Part shown: piece by piece, positions 21,491-30,132 of the stretch
Numbering within the stretch: the stretch's first letter is position 1
Layout: each line of letters opens with the position of its first letter
Source: Candidatus Cloacimonadales bacterium
Lineage (GTDB): Bacteria > Cloacimonadota > Cloacimonadia > Cloacimonadales > JAFGVF01
Assembly (NCBI GenBank): GCA_963677495.2
Contig: CAXXOU010000004.1
Span: forward strand, 1,216,001 to 1,280,000
Direction: 5' to 3'
Length of the DNA: 64,000 nucleotides
The notes under the pieces: generated by a model
The model's database searches: none
Told to the model about the DNA's origin: nothing
The model's input: only the letters and a program-made list of their open reading frames with translations
Program-made: the position numbers and the translations under genes

Positions 21491-21598
21491 TGAAATCTTG
21501 GATCCTCTCCCGGGTTACCCTTACCTCACCCTTGGGTATCTCTTGCAAAGCCAAGAAAGTTGCAAGGGAGAACCATGGGAAAATCAGGCGAGATTTCA
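21491..21598. repeat. Intergenic 11-bp-phased dyad element (degenerate)
   Basis: CTTNN at 21520, 21531, 21542 faces CCAAG-like pentamers at 21551, 21562, 21573, 21584; short arms TGAAATCT/AGATTTCA. Confidence 0.6.
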
Positions 21599-21645
21599 AT
21601 ATTTGTCCCAGACTTTTATCAGACTAATTCTACTTCTGTCCATCA

Positions 21646-21790
21646 TTCTTCTCTCAGCAGTAATTAGTGATTTTAAACTGGTTTAAACTTGATGATATGT
21701 TGACCTATTCTTGGCAATTAAGCCAAGAATAGGCCAGGGATTTGCCAAGTGTTTACCAAGGGTTGACCAAGAATTACTGCTGGGAGTAGA
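21646..21790. repeat. Intergenic element homologous to 7481-7636
   Basis: Arms CTCTCAGCAGTAATT / AATTACTGCTGGGAG; CCAAG/CCAGG at 21723, 21734, 21745, 21756, 21767; inner 12-bp hairpin CCTATTCTTGGC/GCCAAGAATAGG. Confidence 0.85.
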
Positions 21791-21848
21791 GGGGACATAG
21801 CTACATTTGGACACTTTATGTATTGTCCTGAAATAGTTACCCTAAACT

Positions 21849-22283
21849 ATGAAAGGAAAAGAGATGAAAGAGAAAGAAGAAAAGAGAGTTTTGAGAAACT
21901 ATAGTGTAGTATTTAAGATGAAAGTAGTAGACGAAATCGAGAGTGGATATTTAACTATTAGTGAAGCAACTCAGCTTTATAAAATACCAAGTACGACAAC
22001 CATTCGAGGTTGGATCAAAAAATATGGAATGGATCAAAAGATTGATAAGGTGGTACACTATATGACTAAAGATGAAAAGACCGAATTAATCCGCTTACGC
22101 AAGGAGAATAGACGGCTTCAGCGTGCATTGGACGATAGCTATCTTAAAGAGTTAGCATTAGAGACATTGATAGAAGTATCCGGTAATAAGCTAGGTATGG
22201 ATCTAAAAAAAAAGCTTGGTTCGATAGTGCAGGAAAAACTCAAGAAAGAGCTATTGAATGCGGACTCCGATACAGAGGATTAG
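21849..22283 (+). CDS. IS3 transposase OrfA (HTH + leucine zipper)
   Basis: YSVVFKMKVV...TTIRGWIKKY HTH; LRKENRRLQ coiled coil. Confidence 0.9.
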   Translation: MKGKEMKEKEEKRVLRNYSVVFKMKVVDEIESGYLTISEATQLYKIPSTTTIRGWIKKYGMDQKIDKVVHYMTKDEKTELIRLRKENRRLQRALDDSYLKELALETLIEVSGNKLGMDLKKKLGSIVQEKLKKELLNADSDTED

Positions 22284-22297
22284 AGAGGATTTGTAAG

Positions 22298-23086
22298 GTG
22301 TACGGTTATACAAGACAAGGCTATAATAAGCATGTAAAAATACTCGAACGAGATGCTGCGAGAGACCGTGAGATAGTGCGACTCGTGGAAGAGCTCCGGC
22401 GAGAACAGGAGACAACAGGCTATCGAATGATAATGAAAATGCTTATAAAACATAATGATCCTGACCTAAAGATAAGTAGAGATAAACTAATAGAGTTGTT
22501 ACGTATGAATAACTTATTGCAAAGACCTCCCAAGCGATATGTAGTTACAACAAACTGGAAGCATAAATTGAAGATATACCCCAATCTTTTACCGGAAACG
22601 AACATCACAAAAAAAGACCAAGTTTGGGTAACAGACATTACATATATCTCAGTTGGAAGGGGGTTTATGTATCTGTTTTTAGTAACAGACTACTATTCAA
22701 GAAAGATAGTTGGTCACTACTTATCTGATACTCTGGAAACAAAAGGAGCAGTGAAGGCATTTAATAAAGCAAAAAGAGGAACAAAAATCCCGCGAGGTAT
22801 AATACTTCACTCTGATCATGGTGTCCAGTACTGTAGTAAAGAATACATCGGATTGCTTAAAAGAAGCCATGCAAGAGTTAGTATGACAGGAAAGAATCAC
22901 TGCTATGATAATGCAGTCGCTGAAAGAGTAAACAGAACATTGAAACATGATCTGGGAATGAAATTGAAATTCCCAAACAAAAAGGTCGCTTTGCAAGCAA
23001 CGGAAGAAGCAGTTTATATCTATAATAATAAAAGATATCATTCTTCACTTGACTACAACACTCCTGGAAGTGTATATGCTTCTTAG
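22298..23086 (+). CDS. IS3 transposase OrfB (DDE), probably fused to OrfA by a -1 frameshift
   Basis: WVTDITY, HSDHGVQY, DNAVAERVN, YNNKRYHSSL; the -1 frame is open from the A9G run at 22205-22214. Confidence 0.92.
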   Translation: MYGYTRQGYNKHVKILERDAARDREIVRLVEELRREQETTGYRMIMKMLIKHNDPDLKISRDKLIELLRMNNLLQRPPKRYVVTTNWKHKLKIYPNLLPETNITKKDQVWVTDITYISVGRGFMYLFLVTDYYSRKIVGHYLSDTLETKGAVKAFNKAKRGTKIPRGIILHSDHGVQYCSKEYIGLLKRSHARVSMTGKNHCYDNAVAERVNRTLKHDLGMKLKFPNKKVALQATEEAVYIYNNKRYHSSLDYNTPGSVYAS

Positions 23087-23220
23087 TAAATCAATTTAGA
23101 AAAGATAGAATTATTTCATTCAATTGAAGTAAACTGAGTAACTAAAACTATGGTAAACTTATTCAGGACACTGCATTATCTCACTTATCTCACTTCATCT
23201 CATTCTTTCTTCTCCTATAT

Positions 23221-23355
23221 TAAACTCTTTATCAAAACGTAACCTTCCCACTGTTTTCCCACTGTGCACGCACTGTGCACCCAGTGAAACAGTGGGTTGG
23301 CAGTGCCTTCACAGTGCGTGCACAGTGCAGACACAGTGCGTTGATAGATAGAGCA
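23221..23355. repeat. Intergenic 11-bp-phased CACTG/CAGTG dyad element
   Basis: CACTG at 23249, 23260, 23271; CAGTG at 23282 and 23290, 23301, 23312, 23323, 23334; perfect 18-bp inverted repeat 23260-23277/23310-23327. Confidence 0.88.
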
Positions 23356-23909
23356 GTGAAAGGGAGTAAAAAGGGCAGTAAATATAGCTAAGTTGTTGGT
23401 AATCGCACTGTGTATGTTAATTTCGGACTTGCGTTGCAGCGATAGCGTGACGCGAGAACGAATCAGAGGATTGCGACTTCGGAGTGCATTTTAGGAAGTC
23501 CGTTGCCTTATCAGGCCGACAAACTCCCTAAAATGCTGTAAGTCATTGCAAATCCCACTGTCTATGTAATTTTGAAGCTGTCGCAATAGCGACCGAAGGG
23601 AGATGGGCGAATAGCGAAAAATGGCAAAGGTATAACATTATGAATTCAACTCGTAAACTCGTGCTGGTGGCTACTCCCTATATGTCTCCCTGCCAGTCCA
23701 ACGAGCTCCTTGGATTACGATAAATATAGCAAACTAAAAGGACAATATTTCCATCAATCGTCCCAATTATCGATAACATTATAAAATATGATTGACAGAA
23801 ATCTAAGGGTATGAATTTTCTAGTGTATTGGAACGAGAATACCAAAATACAAAGTTTTAGCATGTCAGAAACGCTAAATATCATATGTTTACAATTAAAG
23901 GAGACATTT

Positions 23910-25169
23910 ATGGAATCCATCGACAACATATTTGAGTTAAATGGAACTCAGTTGAATAAACTTGCCCGTAAATACAAGATCACAGGCTACACAAACATGG
24001 AGAAGCAGGAGCTTATTTTCAAGATACTTGAGATGGTTGCTCTTCAAGAAGGTCTTGCCTTCGTTACAGGTTGCCTTGACGTTATGGATGACGGGTATGG
24101 TTTCTTAAGATTCGAACACAACAACTACCTCCCCGGGAAAGATGATGTATATGTATCACTTACCCAGATTAGAAGATTTAACCTCAAAAGCGGTCATTTA
24201 GTATCAGGTCCTGTACGTTCACCTAAAGATGGTGAAAAGTATTATGCACTTCTCAGAGTCACAGCTGTTAATGCTGCAGACCCACAAGAAGTAATCGAAG
24301 CAAAGAAGTTTGACCGACTTACTCCTTATTATCCAACTGAAAGACTCAACCTTGAGCACCATCAGAATGAGCACACTACAAGAATCATGAACCTCTTCAC
24401 CCCTATCGGTAAAGGTCAGCGTGGTATTATTGTTGCTCCACCAAGAACTGGTAAAACTGTGCTTCTTCAAAATGTTGCTAACGCTATCCTTACTAACCAT
24501 CCGGAAGTTGAGCTTATTGTGCTTCTCGTTGATGAGAGACCGGAAGAGGTTACTGAGATGAAACGTATCCTTAAACCGGGTAAAAGAGAAGTTCTCAGTT
24601 CTACATTTGATGAAACACCAAGAAACCACATAGCTGTTGCTGAGATGGTTATGAACAGAGCTAAACGTCTCGCTGAGATGGGGCGTGACGTAGTTATTGT
24701 GCTTGATAGTATTACTCGTCTTGCTCGTGCATATAACAACACTGTTCCTTCTTCAGGTAAGGTTCTTAGTGGTGGTATTGATGCTAATGGTCTTCATAAA
24801 CCTAAAAAGTTCTTCGGTGCTGCAAGAAACACAGAGGAATCAGGTAGTTTAACTATTATCGCAACTGCTCTTGTTGATACAGGTAGTAGAATGGACCAGG
24901 TTATCTTTGAAGAGTTCAAAGGAACTGGTAACATGGAGCTTGTACTTGATAGATCTATTAGTGATATGAGACTCTATCCAGCTATTGACGTTGTTAAGTC
25001 AGGTACAAGACGTGAAGAACTTCTCCAAACAGAACTTGAAAAACATAGAATGTATATATTACGTAAATACCTTAAGACTATGAGTCCAATACAGGGTATT
25101 GAAATGATGAAGAAGCGTATGAAAACAGCTGAGACTAACGAAGACTTATTGAAGAACATGAGTAGCTAA
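23910..25169 (+). CDS. rho: Transcription termination factor Rho
   Basis: [32 protein letters not shown]; start moved to ATG 23910 behind AAGGAG. Confidence 0.97.
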   Translation: MESIDNIFELNGTQLNKLARKYKITGYTNMEKQELIFKILEMVALQEGLAFVTGCLDVMDDGYGFLRFEHNNYLPGKDDVYVSLTQIRRFNLKSGHLVSGPVRSPKDGEKYYALLRVTAVNAADPQEVIEAKKFDRLTPYYPTERLNLEHHQNEHTTRIMNLFTPIGKGQRGIIVAPPRTGKTVLLQNVANAILTNHPEVELIVLLVDERPEEVTEMKRILKPGKREVLSSTFDETPRNHIAVAEMVMNRAKRLAEMGRDVVIVLDSITRLARAYNNTVPSSGKVLSGGIDANGLHKPKKFFGAARNTEESGSLTIIATALVDTGSRMDQVIFEEFKGTGNMELVLDRSISDMRLYPAIDVVKSGTRREELLQTELEKHRMYILRKYLKTMSPIQGIEMMKKRMKTAETNEDLLKNMSS

Positions 25170-26371
25170 TGGAACTTCTGGCTCCTGCAGGTAATCTAGT
25201 TAAGTTAAAGTATGCACTTATCTACGGTGCGGATGCTGTTTACTGTGCAACCAAGAAATTCGGTCTTAGAGCGAAAGCTGATAACTTCACGATTGAGGAG
25301 TTAGAAGAGGGTGTACAATTTGCGCATGAACGTGGGAAGAAAGTTTATGTTACTGTAAACAGCTTCCTTCATAACAGCGAAGTAGATGAGCTTCCTGAGC
25401 TACTTAAAGAGCTTGAGAGAGTTCATGTTGATGCTGTGATTGTTTCCGACCCCGGAGTTATTGCTCTTGTTAAAGAAACAACGAATCTGACAATTCATCT
25501 TAGTACTCAGGCTAACACTGTATCATGGCGGTCAGTGAAGTTCTGGAGTGAGAATGGCGTTAAACGCGTGATTCTCGCACGAGAGTTAACTTATGAAGAG
25601 ATTCAAGAGATTTGTGAGAAGGTTCCTGATACTGAGATTGAAATATTCGTTCATGGTGCAATGTGTATTGCATATTCCGGTAGATGCTTGCTAAGTGCTT
25701 TCCTTAATAATAGAAGCGGAAATAGTGGTCAATGTACCCAACCTTGTCGATGGAAATATAGTCTTGTGGAAGAGACTAGACCCAATCAACGCTTCGATAT
25801 TGAGGAAGATGAGCAAGGCACATATATTATGAACTCAAAAGACTTGAATCTTTTCAATGAGCTTCCGCAGATTATCAACTCCGGTATTCATTCCATAAAG
25901 ATCGAAGGCAGAATGAAGAGTGCTTATTATGTTGCGAATGTCGTTAGAACCTATAGAAAAGCAATAGAACTTCTTCAAAGTGGCGTGAATGTTGAAGAGT
26001 CTCTGAGTGATGAACTTTATAAGATTAGTCATAGAATCTATGGACCGGGATTCTTCCATGGTTTTGATTCAGATGATACACAGTTCTATGGTTCTTCAGC
26101 TTATATAAGAGATTACCAATATCTTGGGCGTGTGATAGATTCTTATGACGGCACAGCTGTTATTGAATGCTACAGTAAATTCTCTATTGGTGAAGAGATT
26201 GAGATTATCTTCCCTAACCCTGAGGATGATATTGTGATGAGAGCTGAATCAATGTCACTTGAAGATAAGAAAAAGATTGAGTTTACAAAACCTAATACGC
26301 AGGTGCATCTTACAGTAGATAAACAAGTAAAAGAGTATGGTCTTGTCAGGAAGAAGATTAATCAGGCTTAG
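25169..26371 (+). CDS. Peptidase U32 family protein (TrhP/YegQ-like tRNA hydroxylation)
   Basis: ELLAPAG, HLSTQAN, EIFVHGAMCIAYSGRC...C...PCR, KIEGR. Confidence 0.9.
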   Translation: MELLAPAGNLVKLKYALIYGADAVYCATKKFGLRAKADNFTIEELEEGVQFAHERGKKVYVTVNSFLHNSEVDELPELLKELERVHVDAVIVSDPGVIALVKETTNLTIHLSTQANTVSWRSVKFWSENGVKRVILARELTYEEIQEICEKVPDTEIEIFVHGAMCIAYSGRCLLSAFLNNRSGNSGQCTQPCRWKYSLVEETRPNQRFDIEEDEQGTYIMNSKDLNLFNELPQIINSGIHSIKIEGRMKSAYYVANVVRTYRKAIELLQSGVNVEESLSDELYKISHRIYGPGFFHGFDSDDTQFYGSSAYIRDYQYLGRVIDSYDGTAVIECYSKFSIGEEIEIIFPNPEDDIVMRAESMSLEDKKKIEFTKPNTQVHLTVDKQVKEYGLVRKKINQA

Positions 26372-27515
26372 TCTTACGATAGTTGGTTTGTCAATAGGAA
26401 TCAGCCTTAGTGCTGTAGTTCCACGGCATGCTAATTTGATTGAGCAGTATAAAAAGGGTAATAGTAAAGTTGTTGCTGATAGTTTGAAAACATTTAAGCA
26501 TTACAACAATGTAGATTCAGCATTCTATAACTTATATATGGGAAAGCTGGCTTCGAACATCGAAACATCTGAGCGTTTCTTTCTGGAGGCAATCAAGAAA
26601 GGGCGCAATACAGAGTACTATCCGGAAATCTGCCTTGAAATGGGTAAAATCCGTTTCTTTGAGCGTAGATATAAGGATGCCTTAGAGTATTTAGCTTGTG
26701 CAAAAGATTATGGTGATACTCACTTTTGGAAAGCAAGAGCTTATTACAAACAAGCAAAGAACTACCGCAAAGCAAGATCTGCTGCAAGAGCTTACATAGA
26801 AACGAGTAAAGATATTGATAAAGTTAAATTGGCTTATTACACTATAGCTGACTCATGGGCTGAGACTTACGATCATGATAAAGCAATTGATGTTCTAGTT
26901 GAAATGGGTGAGAAATATCCAGATTTACTACAGTCGCAGTATTATTTACTAAAACTGGGAAACTACCAGTTTAAAACAGATGCACCTAAAACATCCTATG
27001 AGTTTTATAAACAAGTGATACTTATAGACAGACTTTCCTCTTATGCCTTTGAAGCTGAGAAACAACTTTATGTCTTAAAGACTCTTTTTAAGGATTCTAT
27101 TGATTTAGCATGTCTTTATCCTGGAGAAGATGTAAAACCGGAAAATAAACCTGTTCTCCCATTAAAAAAGATAACTAAGAAGAAACCTAAACAAGAAAAT
27201 AAAGTAGAACATGATAAAGCTCTAGCAGAGATCAGGCAAAACTATCTAGGAACTAACCCGGTTAGAGTTGATAAGCCGGGAGAAGGAATCTACCTTCAAC
27301 TAGGCAGATTTGGGGTTGAAAACAATGCAAGTAATCTAGTTACAAAGGTAAGATCAAAACAGATTAACTGTAGTTATTTCAAAACTGCCTTCAAAGAGAA
27401 AGATTCTTTTGTTGTATTAGCCGGTCCTTTTACCGATGGGAGCAAAGCAGGATCTGCGAAAAAAGTTTTAAAAACAATGCAAATAAATTCATTTTTAAAG
27501 GTAATTAATGAGTAA
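26337..27515 (+). CDS. TPR + SPOR domain protein
   Basis: Signal-like N-terminus, TPR-like helices, C-terminal YLQLGRF..ENNA...GPF SPOR pattern; start uncertain. Confidence 0.75.
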   Translation: MVLSGRRLIRLSLTIVGLSIGISLSAVVPRHANLIEQYKKGNSKVVADSLKTFKHYNNVDSAFYNLYMGKLASNIETSERFFLEAIKKGRNTEYYPEICLEMGKIRFFERRYKDALEYLACAKDYGDTHFWKARAYYKQAKNYRKARSAARAYIETSKDIDKVKLAYYTIADSWAETYDHDKAIDVLVEMGEKYPDLLQSQYYLLKLGNYQFKTDAPKTSYEFYKQVILIDRLSSYAFEAEKQLYVLKTLFKDSIDLACLYPGEDVKPENKPVLPLKKITKKKPKQENKVEHDKALAEIRQNYLGTNPVRVDKPGEGIYLQLGRFGVENNASNLVTKVRSKQINCSYFKTAFKEKDSFVVLAGPFTDGSKAGSAKKVLKTMQINSFLKVINE

Positions 27516-30132
27516 GAAACCTGCAAAACTAACTCCTATGATGGAGCAGTACTGGAAGTTTAAGGAGCAACATACTGATAAACTTTTACTATTTAGAATG
27601 GGAGACTTTTTTGAAACTTTCTTTGATGATGCAAAGCTTACTTCTAAGATTTTAGGCATCACTCTCACGGCCAGGAATAAGAAAGATGATGACCCGATCG
27701 CACTTGCTGGTTTTCCACATCATGCTCTTGATAATTACCTTGATAAGTTAGTACGTTCCGGTCTTAAAGTAGCTATATGTGAGCAAGTTGAAGATCCCAA
27801 ACAAGCTGTTGGTGTAGTGAAAAGAGATATAGTTAGAATCATTACACCAGGCGCAATACTAGATCAACAGTTACTAGGTTCAAATGCTAACAACTATCTT
27901 GGTGCTGTTTATCGGTCTAAATCCAGGATTGGCTTAGCTATGCTTGATATTTCGACCGGTGATTTCCTTTTTACCGAGTTAAAATTGGAGCAGCTTACGA
28001 ACGAACTGCAAAGATTAGCACCATCTGAGATACTGGTTGTTAATGAAGCTGATAAGTTAATGCTAGAGGATTTAAAGCTGGAATCATCTCCACCTGTAAC
28101 AATTACTGATTCATGGCAATATGACCCTAATGAACTAAAGAAAAGCATAAAGTCACACTTTCATACTAATACTTTAGAGAGTCTTGGGGCTCAGAAGAAG
28201 ACTGTTGGCATTGTTGCTGCAGGAATTACTTTGGCATACGCAAAAGATATGCAACGTGATGAGCTTAAGCATATAACTGAGATACATTACTATTCTATAA
28301 GTAACTACATGCAACTTGATGAGGTTACAAGACGCAATCTTGAATTGCTTCGTTCGATGAGATACGGGGATAAACATGGAAGTCTGATATCTATTCTAGA
28401 TGAGACAAAGACACCCATGGGTTCCAGATTGCTGCAAAACTGGTTGATGCATCCTCTATTATCAGTTGAAGAGATTGACCAACGGTTAAATGCAGTACAG
28501 AACTTCATTCAAAAGATAACTTTCACATCTGATTTGCGTCAGTTACTCGATAGTATAGGTGACCTAAGCAGGTTACTGAGTAAACTTGGTGCCGGAAGAA
28601 TTAATCCTCGAGAGATTAATGCATTAGCTGTTTTCCTTGAGCAATCTACCCAGATTAGAGTTCTGCTTGAAAGTTATGATGCACCTACAATTACAATGCT
28701 CAGAGATTCGATTCTTGAATATGAACCCATAATCAAGAGCATCAGAGAAACAATTGTATCGAACCCACCTGTTCTTATTACAGAAGGGAACATAATCAAT
28801 GATGGTATTCATCAAGAACTAGATGAACTCAGGTCAATAAGTAGAGATGGCAAGTCATGGATTGCAAGGCTGGAAGATGAAGAGAAGCAAAAGACAAGTA
28901 TACCTTCGCTGAAGGTTGGCTATAATAAAGTATTTGGGTATTACTTAGAAGTAACTAAAACTCATAAGGATAAAGTGCCTGATTACTATATAAGAAAGCA
29001 AACATTAGTTAATTCAGAACGTTACATCTCCCCTAGGCTCAAAGAGTTTGAAGCTAAGGTCTTGAGTGCTGAAGAGAAGAGTAAAGCACTAGAACATGAA
29101 CTGTATCTGGATCTTCGTAATGGACTCGCAGAGCAGATTGAGTTAATGCAGCAGTTTGTACAGATAGTTGCAACACTCGATGTAATGTCTAACTTTGCCT
29201 TTATTGCTTATTCTAATAGATACTCCAGACCATCTTTTAATGATGAAGGTTTACTTGAACTAGAAGATTCTCGACATCCAGTAATAGAGAAGCTTCTTGA
29301 AGACGAGCAATATATACCAAATGATGTGAACCTTGATAGTGAAGACAACCTAATCGCAATACTTACCGGCCCTAATATGGCTGGTAAGTCAACCTATTTA
29401 AGGCAGATTGGTTTAATCGCAATAATGGCTCAGATTGGTTGTTATGTCCCGGCAGAAAAGGCTAATTTGCCCATATTCGATAGGGTTTTCACAAGAGTGG
29501 GTGCTTCTGATAATCTCGCAATGGGACAATCAACATTTTTAGTTGAGATGATAGAAACTGCAAACATCTTAAATTCAGCTACTTCTGCGTCATTGATCCT
29601 ACTTGATGAGATTGGAAGAGGAACTTCTACGTTTGATGGCTTAAGTCTTGCATGGGCAATTGTAGAGTATGTATTGAAGTTCAAAGAAGCAAAGACTCTT
29701 TTTGCGACACATTATCATGAGTTGACAGAGATGGAACAGGTGTATAATCGTGTGAAGAACTACAACATAGCAGTTCGAGAATGGAATGATAAGATGATTT
29801 TCATTCGTAAGATTGAGCGTGGCGGAGCTGATCAAAGTTATGGTATTCAAGTTGCCAGACTTGCAGGTCTACCTAGTAAGGTAATCAATAGAGCAAAACA
29901 GATATTAAAGAACCTGGAAAGTCAGGAGTTAAGTCCACAAGGCCTAACACAAAAACTTAAGAAACAACTGCATCAGAGTTCAGAACAGATAGACATATTT
30001 GAATATATGGCAGAGATAAATGAGAACAATGATGGAGTACTAGAAGAGATTAAAGAGCTTGACCTTAATATTATATCTCCTATTGAGGCATGGAAAATAC
30101 TGAAAGATATACAAGAAAAGATTGAGAGGTAA
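27508..30132 (+). CDS. mutS: DNA mismatch repair protein MutS
   Basis: TPMMEQY, FRMGDFFE, TGPNMAGKST, DEIGRGT, SYGIQVA. Confidence 0.98.
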   Translation: MSKKPAKLTPMMEQYWKFKEQHTDKLLLFRMGDFFETFFDDAKLTSKILGITLTARNKKDDDPIALAGFPHHALDNYLDKLVRSGLKVAICEQVEDPKQAVGVVKRDIVRIITPGAILDQQLLGSNANNYLGAVYRSKSRIGLAMLDISTGDFLFTELKLEQLTNELQRLAPSEILVVNEADKLMLEDLKLESSPPVTITDSWQYDPNELKKSIKSHFHTNTLESLGAQKKTVGIVAAGITLAYAKDMQRDELKHITEIHYYSISNYMQLDEVTRRNLELLRSMRYGDKHGSLISILDETKTPMGSRLLQNWLMHPLLSVEEIDQRLNAVQNFIQKITFTSDLRQLLDSIGDLSRLLSKLGAGRINPREINALAVFLEQSTQIRVLLESYDAPTITMLRDSILEYEPIIKSIRETIVSNPPVLITEGNIINDGIHQELDELRSISRDGKSWIARLEDEEKQKTSIPSLKVGYNKVFGYYLEVTKTHKDKVPDYYIRKQTLVNSERYISPRLKEFEAKVLSAEEKSKALEHELYLDLRNGLAEQIELMQQFVQIVATLDVMSNFAFIAYSNRYSRPSFNDEGLLELEDSRHPVIEKLLEDEQYIPNDVNLDSEDNLIAILTGPNMAGKSTYLRQIGLIAIMAQIGCYVPAEKANLPIFDRVFTRVGASDNLAMGQSTFLVEMIETANILNSATSASLILLDEIGRGTSTFDGLSLAWAIVEYVLKFKEAKTLFATHYHELTEMEQVYNRVKNYNIAVREWNDKMIFIRKIERGGADQSYGIQVARLAGLPSKVINRAKQILKNLESQELSPQGLTQKLKKQLHQSSEQIDIFEYMAEINENNDGVLEEIKELDLNIISPIEAWKILKDIQEKIER

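Larger units (their letters stand above)
21819..23175 (+). mobile_element. IS3-family insertion sequence (1357 bp)
   Basis: TG...CA ends; IRL TGTATTGTCCTGAAATAGTTAC versus IRR reverse complement TGCAGTGTCCTGAATAAGTTTAC; 3-bp TTA duplication at 21816-21818 and 23176-23178; orfA/orfB arrangement. Confidence 0.93.

Noticed and set aside
21459..21686. 75-aa ORF as a RiPP precursor for the nearby radical SAM
   Set aside because: Opposite strand, overlaps non-coding phased repeats, no RBS or precursor-like composition
23811..23909. Longer N-terminus of Rho given by the ORF track
   Set aside because: The RBS (AAGGAG) and the Rho N-terminal domain point to ATG 23910
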